This document shows, piece after piece, positions 11,835-22,385 of a stretch of 35,123 nucleotides of DNA (positions are counted from its first letter, which is position 1; every line of letters begins with the position of its first letter). The position numbers and the translations under genes are program-made. The DNA is from Diploschistes diacapsis (taxonomy: Eukaryota): contig JALAIB010000078.1 in NCBI GenBank assembly GCA_023645945.1, forward strand, positions 1 to 35,123, written 5' to 3'. The notes below the pieces were generated by a model. That model was not told where the DNA came from, ran no database searches, and saw only the letters and a list, made by a program, of their open reading frames with translations.

Positions 11835-13827
11835 ATGACTCGCCCACCCGTTGATAAACAAAATCGAGGCCAGATTCTCTATCGCCTGGGCAAATACCGC
11901 GAAGCCTTGGAAGTCTTCACCTCGGTAAGTACAAATCGGTAGCTTAGCAACGACGCAACTCACAAGCTCAAGATAATAGAAAAATGGCACGATCCTCCCG
12001 TCAGCGTGCTTGACAATCGAGCCGCTACTTTTTTAAAATTAAATGATTTTCCAAAAGCGCTAAAGGACGCCCGTAGTATAATGAGGAGCGAGAAAACGCA
12101 GGTCTCGGTATGCAATAGCTCTGTCGAATGCGAGCTGTGTTCATGCTAACAAGAAGCAGGGATACCTACGTGCCGGGCAGATTCTACAAAAATGGGGCCA
12201 GAGTGACAAGGCGCGGAATATCTATGTGCTCGGTCTAAAACACGTAGGTCCAGAGGACTCGAAGGTCAGAATTCACTTTCCGATGCTCTCTGACATTCTT
12301 CTGATTTATTAGCTCCTCCGGGAGATGATTGAGGATCTCCGACAAAAGTCATCCTCGTCAAAGGCGATGGACATCCTTATGTCCCTCCCTTTGGAGTTGT
12401 GTCAAATGATATTGAGTTACCTCACCTTTAGGGAATTAGTGTGAGTTGCGTATCCTGTCATTTTCTCCTGCTACAAGTCAGATGACAACTGACAGAAGGC
12501 TTCTCCGTGTCTGCAAGTCGTGGCGGGCGTCACTCGAAGCAATGCCTCAGCTTTGGAGACACCTGGATTTCTCAGGAGCTCGTAAACCCATCTCCCTCCG
12601 AGGAATAAGATCGAGCATCGAGCGCAGCAAAGGCCAGCTCTCTCAATTAACTTTGTCCAAGGTAGGCGTACAGCTTCGTGGTCCCGACGTACTTGGCCTT
12701 GTTTTTGCGAAATGCAAGAACCTCGAAAAGCTGCACCTCAAGGACGGCGATTGCTATCCTGAAACTCTTCGGACTCTTCTCCCTTCGGCGAAACATTTGA
12801 AAAGCCTTCATGTTGGTCCCGCCGTCTATCTCGACTACGTAATGGAGTTTCTCGAAAACAGCCCAAGCTTGGCCTACGTGGAGTTTGAATCCGTTACAGC
12901 CGGCCCCTCATCAGGCGAGTACTTCAACAAGGACCAGGCCATGCTCAACTTGCGAGTTCTCGTTCTACAAGGTTCTGATAGGCTGATCTCCGGGCCCACT
13001 CATTTTCTAAATTTTGTAAGCTTTCCACATGAGTCTTCGACCCTTCCCCAAGCCCAAAGCTTGACAGATCGTGTTCCAAATGGATGGAACTGTAGGAAAC
13101 TAAACGATTGAAGGACAAACTTTTCCCTCGAACACCCAATCTTTTGGAGTTGACAATCCAAAAACTCGGCGAGCAAGGCTTGCCGGACTTCGGTAGATTG
13201 CCAAAACTCAGAAAATTAACTTTCGAGATTGGAAAAGCGACCGGAGCTCTTCTCGCTCCGCCCTCGTTACACGAATTGAACATAACCTTCGCACGACCTA
13301 TTATTTCGGGGTCCGGCTTTGAGCATGACTTCCTCCGCGCCTGTCCTCACCTTTTGGACCTCTCGGTAACTTTCTGGAACTACGGCTACGGAATCATGCG
13401 AGCAGACTTGATCAAATCCACGAGAGATTCGTTGCAGTCGTTACGACTATGCAACACTATCCCGGAACTCGTCGTGGATATGACGGAATCGTGGACCTCG
13501 CTCAAAGCATTGAGCTTCGTCAACTGCTTCGAACTGGCGGACGAGCACTTGGAAATCATAGCCGCCAAATGTCCGAATCTGGTTGGTTTGGACATCATTT
13601 TCAGCCAGAGGTACAGCCAGAAGTTTACCGGGGTAGGCCTGAAGGCCGTGATTGCTAAAGGGAACAAAACCGGCAAAGGGCTGTTGAGTCTGATGCTTAC
13701 AGGGTGTGAAGCGATAGGCTCCGATGCTGTGGATTGGGCTCGGAGTCAGGGAGTGCATGTAGCTTTCTCGAGGGATGGCACTGATCGTACTGATAACTCT
13801 GCGAAACCTTGGCGCCGGATACGATAG
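11835..13827 (+). CDS. TPR + F-box + LRR protein (Pof3/Dia2-like SCF substrate adaptor); exons 11835-11924, ~11973-12107, 12160-12264, 12313-12440, 12496-13015, 13096-13827
   Basis: TPR text (DNRAATFLKL...ALKDARSIMR...GYLRAGQILQ), F-box (LPLELCQMILSYLTFRELVRLLRVCKSW) and LRR-like C-terminus (LTGCEAIGSDAVDWARSQG). The first acceptor appears to be AAG. Confidence 0.82.
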
Positions 13828-14415
13828 TGTGCATACAACTGTTCAATATGACAACGATAATCCTTATTGATGATATGCAGTATCATTGACATGAACACCT
13901 CGGAGAGGATAAATTCAGGTTCCGGATTTGAGCCACAGGGGCTGACGCTGACTAATCAAGATGTGGCTAAGTTTCGGCGTTGAGCCTGCAAGCGATCCCA
14001 ACTTGCCCCTGCCGACAAGACAAGGACAATAATCCCAATAAAATCCCCAATAATAAACTCTGGTCACCATCAAGGCACGCCAGGCTAAGCAAAATAATGA
14101 TCATACTCATACTGCCAAATCCATCATCCGGACAACTAACAAAAGACCGACATGTCTCTCAATTCCTGCCACCCTCCTTTCTTTTCCTCACCACTCCCTC
14201 CATCCTCAGCCTTCAACTGCATCGTGCATCACACCCAGCATCCCCGATCGACTACCTCGCACGGCCGCTACGGCCAAGCACTACGCTTAAGCACTACGCT
14301 TGATCACAGGTTGCATGCTGTCGCACCGTAAACTTACGGTCGGATCTCGACTCCCATAAATCAGCAATCACCTTGTGCATCTCCCTTCACCATCAACACA
14401 TCCACCATCGTCGCC

Positions 14416-15285
14416 ATGTCGGCAAATCCATCAGCCAAAGGAGCTGCTTCAAGCTTGCGTGGTGCAAAATCGAAACAAAATAAATCCATAATACTCAAAG
14501 TACCCTCGAAGATCCTATCTGCCTTTCCACATGACAGGCCAGCCTCGAATTCTTCACCAATGAAATCTCCGACATCCGAATCGAGCTCGACGCCAGCTAT
14601 CGCGGCCAAGGGGTCTCCGCTTGCTGCTGAGGTAAAACCGGAAGGAAATACAAAGACGGAAGTTAATGCAGAGACTGCGACGGAGCCCACACTTGACAAT
14701 CCCTCTGCCGATGGACAGCCGCAGGCCGACGGAAAGAAGAAAGGCTTGGGCGGCCCCAAGCCTGGCCAGAAGCGACGCTCGGGTGCGGTAGTAGACGGAC
14801 AACTCAAACCGCGTGCAAAGCCAGGACCGAAGAGAAGAAAACTGTAAGCCAACCCTTCGCCCAGCCCATCGCTCTGCAATATCTTACTCACCTTATCGTT
14901 CAGCGAAGGAGACGAGGCAGGGCGCCCATGGACTACACCAACTACCAGCGGGCCCGGACACAAGCTCGGACCAAAAGCGAACCAAGGAGCTATCAACGCT
15001 GGTCTACGCGCCCTCGATCGCACAGGCAAACCTTGCCGCAAGTGGAACAAAACTGGATTCTCTCTCAAAAGCTTTACGGGCGGTATGTGGGCTCTGAACA
15101 GCTGGGCGACACCTCGCCCTATGCAGGAAGTAAACCCCGAGGGTGCTGAAAATGCAACGCCAAACTCGAATAGCGAGAATCAGCAGGCAAGCAGTAATAT
15201 TGGGAGCGAAGTCAGCCATGGTAATGCCGCCGAGGTCAAACCAGACGTCACCAGCTCTCCGGCTCCCGTCCCAGTTTCTGCTTAA
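14416..15285 (+). CDS. IES4: INO80 chromatin remodelling complex subunit Ies4; exons 14416-14843, 14904-15285
   Basis: Spliced product has HKLGPKANQGAINAGLRALDRTGKPCRKWNKTGFSLKSFTG, the INO80_Ies4 signature. Confidence 0.88.
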
Positions 15286-16224
15286 GTCACGCAAACGGTA
15301 CCTTGCCCTTCGGGACAGGCTCTCGGTACGCATCGGTTTACTTTACGGCGTTCAACGATTAGATGATCAAACGGTTTGCCTTGTTGTGTTTCCCTAGCGT
15401 TGGTTTTATGGGGTCATCAGGAATAGAGTAAGGTGCATACGCAAGACTGGCACCAGGGCGTACAGGAATATTCTAGCAGGATACCAAGGCCTTGGGGTGG
15501 GCGAGAGCGAAGGATGCTCACGACACACAAGGAAAATGGGTGTGAATTCGGAAGCGCTGTACTCTTAGGTTTTTGGGGTGGGAGCTACGAGGCTTGCGCC
15601 TATTGCATTAATCATTCTCCGTACTTGAAATCTGTAAGCATGTCAGACCTTGTTGTAGGAGGAAAACAGCATAATGTGACATCCATTCTCTTTGAGTACC
15701 TCCGTATTTGCCCCGGGCGTTATAGGCAGTTCCTTCCTTGTTTGCTAGTATCATAGGCATAATCGGGCTTTGCTCCATCCGCGATATGGAGGTGGGGACG
15801 GAACTTCATTCCAATGACCACATCTCTCGACACCCGCAAAACCATGCGGAACATTCTCATCTCACAGGGGACTTGTACCTCCAATGTCATAACGTATAGC
15901 TTAACCCTGTCTTTAGTTGAGCCAGCACGCCTTACTCCTAAGATCCGATCATAGCTACTATGACGAGCTCCTAGAGCCACTGCACCGCACCGCAGACAGG
16001 CTCAAGCCAATGCTAAATCTGATCGGCCCTGGCAGTTGACTCTTGGGACTTCGAACCGACTCCGAGTAGGAGTTGCTTCCGAGGACGCAGGCAGACGTCT
16101 GGTGACATAGTGGAGCGTTAAGCGTACGCTCCCTCTACCTTCCTGTAACGATCCATGACCATCGTGTCTCGCGGAAGCTTCAAGGAAGCTGCTCGTCGAT
16201 CGAGATACCACCCACTAGAGAGCT

Positions 16225-18455
16225 ATGGACCGTAGGAGGCAGTCCTATGCATCTATAGTTGGAGGCGCCTTAGCTTCTGCAACGCCGCCGCCAAACCGGG
16301 TCGCACAACTTGCTCAGATCATGAACCCTTCTCCTCCTGTACCCACATCCCAAACGCAGGAAGCAGAACATCGATCCCACACTTCACATCAGTTATACGT
16401 GGAGACTGTGGCAAAAGCGCCGTCGGCTTCGTGGGCCAAAGGCAGCGGTACTCAGAATAGCTGGAATCAGGGTGGATCGACGGATTCCTACAATCATCAA
16501 GGGACAACCTCAAACATGCTATTACGACCTTCGTATCTACAAGGCTCAAGATATTTGGAGAGGCTGGACGCCGCACACAAGGTGAAATATGGCAGCCAGA
16601 GAGAACCAAATATAATATCCGGACAGCACAAATCAGGCCAAGCTTCGCTCTCGACAAGTTCCAGCAGCGTAAGCCTTGCTCGAATGGCTCCCTCGCACCG
16701 AGGCATGACCTACGAGATTGTCGAGCATCAGCCGCCAATCGACGATGATGGAATTCCGCCACTGCCTTCGAAGTGGGCAGAAGTGGATAGGTACGGAGGA
16801 TTAGAGGTCTCTGCAGATGGTCAGGATATAAAATACTCGGGAACGCTAAAAGCGCAGGACCACGAGGCTGCCGCTGCAAGAACAGATCATCCTATGCCTT
16901 CTCAATGCGGGATTTACTATTACGAGGTCACTTTAGTTTCCAAGGGGAAAGAGGGGTATGGCGCCGTATTCCGTTTTGATTAGACTGCTCTCTGATAGGA
17001 CTAGGATGATCGGAATCGGATTCTCAGGCTCGAAAGCTTCGTTGGAAAAGTTACCCGGCTGGGAACCGGAGTCCTGGGCTTTTCACGGAGATGACGGCAA
17101 GTCCTTCTGCTGTCAGAATATAGGAAAATCATACGGTCCTACATTTACAGTCGGCGACGTCGTCGGATGCGGTGTTAACTTCAAATCAGGGACGGCATTC
17201 TTTACGAAGAACGGCCAGTACCTAGGTAGGTGCTTTTAAGCTCTACTTAATCAAATAATACTGATTACCCGCAGGTAATGCTTTCAAGGATATCAAGGCT
17301 ATCAAATTATTCCCCTCAATTGGCATGAAGAGACCTGGGGTCCACATCAAGGTCAACTTGGGACAGCGCCCATTCATGTTTGACATTGACCAGATGATGC
17401 GGGTACGTCCATCAGCAAGCGAGTTTGAACCGAGAGCTGACTTTATCAGCATGAGAAATCTTCCGTGAAGGCAGACATTGATAGGATCGACTTGGGCAAA
17501 CTCAATCCCTCTCTTGGCAGCACCAGATTAAAGGGAGATCTTGTCGCTCAATTCCTGCGTCATGATGGCTATGTAGAGACTGCAAAGTCTTTTGCGCAAG
17601 AGTCGGAAGAAGAAGCTAGTAGGCTCAAAAAGCAGCCACAGCTGCAGCTTGAAAATCCAAGTACGCAACACGATATAGACGCTGTTCATCGCCAACGTAA
17701 GTTTAGAAATACGGTGTTACGGTAGCCAAGTCTAAGCTGATCCTCTTCAGAAATACGTGCTGCCATTCTGGAAGGAGAAATTAACCGTGCGCTCAAACTG
17801 ACAGATATGTACTATCCACATGTACTTCAAGAGTACCCTCGCATCCTCTTTCGCCTTCGATGCCGAAAGTTTGTTGAGATGATGCGGTTTTCTTCAATTC
17901 CGGTGCCCACGCGAAAACCAAGCTCAAAATCCTTGAATTGCAAGACCCCAGCTACTGCAACTACGGACGAGAGTTTTGAGCAAGATATGGAACTTGATGA
18001 CTTGAATGGAGCGGGCGATGATTGGGACAGGATGGAGACTGAAGAAGCGGACGGTCGATTCGGTAGATTCGAAGACCGAATACAGCAAGCATTGAAGTAT
18101 GCGCAGGAACTGAGGCAAGACTACAAGGACGACAAAAGCAGGGAAGTCACGAGCTCTCTTCAAGAGATCTTTTCAATATTCGCCTACGAAGACCCGAGAA
18201 ACTCCCCAACAGCTCACGTTCTTGATCCGAGCGGGCGAGTGCCCGTGGCAGAGGAGCTGAATTCTGCTATTCTCGGTAAGCCAATACCTTAAACATGGAT
18301 GAAGGCGCATCTAATAGTACCCAGTTTCTCTCGGCAAATCCTCCTCGGCAGCAATCGAGCGCGTTTGTCAGCAGACGGAGGTTCTGGTATCTGACATCAG
18401 TGAACATGCGGGACCCGGTGCATTCATCAATGTTCATGGCGATCTTCTGCGGTGA
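16225..18455 (+). CDS. SPRY-LisH-CTLH-CRA protein (RanBPM/Gid1-Vid30-like, GID/CTLH E3 complex); exons 16225-16955, 17005-17225, 17275-17402, 17450-17696, 17751-18275, 18325-18455
   Basis: SPRY (CGIYYYEV, LPGWEPESWAFHGDDG, YGPTF), LisH (LVAQFLRHDGYVETA), CTLH (RQQIRAAILEGEI) and CRA (AEELNSAIL). Five GT-AG introns join in frame. Confidence 0.88.
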
Positions 18456-19102
18456 CCAAAGAGGGCAGGCTTAGGATATAGCAGCTTTGGAAACGTCTGA
18501 GGACCCAAGACAAAATATGGACCTATTCCAAGCCTTGCCTTCCCCAGGATTCAAGCTGCCTCGCCCTTTCACGGACAGACTGTATCAACTTTCGTCGACC
18601 CCTGGCGAGTTCAACGAAACCGAATGCCTACGCAGCCAGGTTTGGCGTTTGATGGACTCACCCCTCTCCTCTTTCTTTCCCTTTATGAGTTTGTTCATGT
18701 TCTTATTTCACGGTCACGCATCGGGTAGTTCACGGTCCGCACGGCGTCTCTTCCCTAGACTGGAACAATACGATTAGCACGGAGATTGCCTGGATACGGG
18801 GATAGAATGGGCATAGCAGGCGACGGCGACTCCACGCAGGAGGTGGATATCCGGCTCAAGCTGAAGAGCGAATTGGTTTTCGGTGTGTACATAGATCGAT
18901 CGAGCCCGCTTTCCGAGAGAGAGCGACGTGGGTGGCAGCATCAGAAATTGTATCAAAGATATCAAACGTACGGTACACGGTGCACACACACGTCACTGAC
19001 TGCAACTGCTCTTCACTCGGCCAAGCTACCAAGCCTCCACCGCACAGCACCACACCACACCGCACCAACAACCTATCGTTTCCCACCACTCGCTCAATCC
19101 AC

Positions 19103-21129
19103 TCAGTCAATCTCCAACGGCTCATACACCACCCCCTTCTCCCTCAGCGCGCTCTCCACAACCTCCATGCCCGCCAAAACCTCCTCCTCCCCCCACCTCC
19201 TCCCCACAACCTGCACGCCCACCGGCAGGCCCTGCATCTTGGCGGCATCGTACAAGCCCCAGGCGCCCCTCGCCACGCCACTCAAGCGGCCCACGTCGAA
19301 GGCCTCGTCGACGGCGTCGGCGGCGGCATCGACCCTGGTGACGGGCAGCACGCCGGCGGCATAGTCGAGCAGGTTCCACAGAAAGGTGTAGCCGCAGGCG
19401 GCGACGGCGTGGCGCATGCCGGCGTGCGGCACGGCGGGCGTGGCGAAGGGCGGGCAGACGAGCAGGTCGAGGCGGGCGCGGTCGCGCCACCAGGCGTGCC
19501 AGGCGGCGCGGTACGCCTCGCGGCGCGCGACGAGCGCCCACTGCTGCGCGACGCTGTGCGCGCCGAAGCGCCGCAGCAGCCCCGCCCACACGGGGTCGCG
19601 CCGCACGTAGCGCACGTACAGGTAGTGCACGTAGCGCAAGATGCGGGGCAGGGAGGCGTACAGCGAGAGCTGCGCGGCGCCCGGGTCCGAGCGCTCGAAC
19701 GTGCGGAAGGGCCCGAGGAAGGTGGCGCAGCCGTCGGCGTTGAGCAGGGTCGAGGCCAGTTGGAGCCCCAGGTAGGGCGAGGGCGGCGTGCATGGGGAGC
19801 TGCCGGCTGAAGCGGACGAGGAGGAGAAGGAGGAGAGGGCGGGCGGAGGCGTGATTTCGATCAGGTCGTGGCCCTGGGCGGAGAGCGCGGAGGACACGAG
19901 GTGCAGGGCCCGGGCTACGGCGGGGGTGGGGTCGACGACGCCTGGTGGGAAGGAGGATTACGGTTAGTTGTGGTGCGGGGAGGCATGGCGATAGGGGTTT
20001 GAGGAAAGGAGAAGGGAGAAGGAGAAAGGAGAGGGGTTGTACCGTCTGTGCGCATGATGCCGATGCGCAGGCGCGATTTCTTCTTGATGGCTTGATAGTC
20101 GTCCTCGCGCCACGGGATCGGATGCACCGTGTGGTCGTACCGCTCGGGCTTCATGCCCCAGATGGCCTTTGAGAAGTACACCAGATCGTCCAGCGTCCTC
20201 GCCATAGGGCTGGCGACGGCCAGCACCCCCTCCTGCCCGGCCATGCTCGTGCTGAGACCCATCTTGGGCCAGCGGCCCGTGGAACAGCGCAGGGCGTAGA
20301 TCCCGCTGAAGTGGGCGGGGGCGCGGACGCTGCCGGCCACGTCGGTACCGATACCGATCCGTCCGCCGAGGGCTAGGAGGGCTGCTTCGCCGCCCGTGGA
20401 GCCGCCGGGAGAGTAGGCAGAGTTGTGTGGGTTACTGCAGCGGCCCCAGACGTCGTTGGTGGATTCAAAGGAGAGGAGGGTTATGGGGAGGGCGGTCTTG
20501 ACGTAAGGAACAGCGCCTGCGGGAGTGCTTCAGCAACGCAATGCAATGGCGTTGCAGTCAAAGAGCCGGGGGAAAAGGGGCATGAAATGAAGCCATAGGT
20601 AAACACAGGAAAGACGAAGCGTACCAGCATCCTTAAGCAGCTTCACAAGCGTCCCGTCCTTGTCCGCGGGCTTGCCCACGTTGCGCGAGTAGCCCACTGT
20701 CGTGTCAAAACCTTTGACGACGGCGGTGTCCTTTAGGGAGACCGGGATGCCAGCCAGAGGTCCTTTGAGGTCAACCTCGTTCTCAGCCCAAGATTCGGCC
20801 TCGGGGAGCAACACTTCTGTCAGGCAATTGGTCTTCTCGTGCGCTTTCACAGCAACCTTGCTGTAAGCGTGGAGAACATCGACGGGCCTGACAGCGCCTT
20901 TATGGACGTCTTGCACTAGTTCCGCAATGGGCTTCTTGATCGTCTCCCGCTCCCAGAGGGTAAAGGGGCCTTTGTAGGAGACTGAAAGCTGCTCGATGCG
21001 AGTAGCTCGCTCTGCTTGCTTGCGGTGACTGCGGGACAGTTAGTGAGAACGGCATAGAGGTGACTGAGGCACCTGCCATGCTCGGAGATGATCGAAGTAG
21101 TCGAAGGGCGGCAGCAGGTTGGCGTCCAT
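19103..21129 (-). CDS. Amidase-signature family enzyme (acetamidase/FAAH-like); exons 21129-21077, 21028-20625, 20516-20043, 19941-19103
   Basis: GPLAGIPVSLKD (catalytic Lys), SPGGSTGGE, GIGTDVAGSVRAPAHFSG (catalytic Ser) and GLPVGVQVVG. The first intron needs a GC donor. Confidence 0.9.
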
Positions 21130-22385
21130 CTTCTTTCAGTCAACTCATGAAATGAAAGCTAGCAATGGCCAGTACAATGTACACAATGTACATGAAGTGA
21201 TCGACCCCTCAACACAGCTACAGCTTTCCAACCGTGTCAAAGGTCAACTGTTAGCACGCGACAAAGATAAGGTGGGTCAAGCCGCGCACTGAAAGCTTAT
21301 GCGCTAATAATTAGATATGTAGATAGTAGCGCCGCTTATACTCGCCTTTCAACGGTATACTACCTGCTTCGCGTCTTTTCGCAACGTAGCGCTTTCACGG
21401 CTTGACGCCTTCGTTGACAGCCTGCTCAATGTCCAGCTTGCCACGAGGCTTGGCTGTAGGCTACTTCTGATATCGACTTCTTAGCCTTCTACGGCCACTA
21501 CATGCAGCTCAAAGCTTCGACCTAGCTTCATCGTTTAGAGTGCCTGCTCTGTCTCTCCAACCAGTGGCAAAGCGCGATTACGAAAAAGCTGGCAGTATTG
21601 ACTTCGATATCGTGGCCATGTTGATTCTGCTCGTGGCCTGAGGCTCGAGGAATGAAATGATACTACAGACGCTTTGCTAACAAACAGCGCATGCAGCTCT
21701 TGATACGATACTACCAAGTGGGATTGTACTTTCTGTACTATACTACATGTTCACAATTTTTTGGTTACGGAAAGCGCGAAGTTGGATAAAACCAATTTGC
21801 TAGTGGATTCGGTATGGATGCTTTATTGGGCCGCTGTATGTTATGAGTTCTCCATGTACATGGTCAATACCTGCACAAGAGCAAGAAGAAAGATGTTACT
21901 TAGAATCGCAACCTGCTACTAGAGAGATCTGGGTATAGTCATCACTTTCTTTGTTCTGCATAAATTCAGCACAAGGACGCTGCGATGTGTTGCTCATTTT
22001 CTGTTCCTGCAGCCATGAGCGCACATCTTCAAGTGCTGTACAGTATTACAGCTAGGTTGTCTGCACTTTTCCGCTCCAATTCCTGCACTTCGGCTTTTAA
22101 TCTTGGTTCTTCAATCGTGCGTTTTGTTTCGTCCTTCAACGTTTGGTTAAAGAACCCGTAACTAGTTCAAGTTATAGTAGTGTCGTTATCACAGATCGCA
22201 GAACAAAGGATGTGTTCCCGTACCTTACGAGGTGCTGCATCTGCTTTCGTCGAAGCTTCGAAACTTGCTCTCATGGATACGGAATTTCTCAACTCTGCAG
22301 CTTTCCATAACTTTTCATCTTCTCACTGGGAAGCTCCATCCTAGGGAGTGAGTCTATAGAAGGCGTGGAGTCCATCTATCTTAAA

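Noticed and set aside
14361..15068. 235-aa minus-strand ORF
   Set aside because: Antisense shadow of IES4.
18786..19810. Long overlapping ORFs of 192-292 aa over the amidase
   Set aside because: Shadow frames of very GC-rich coding sequence.
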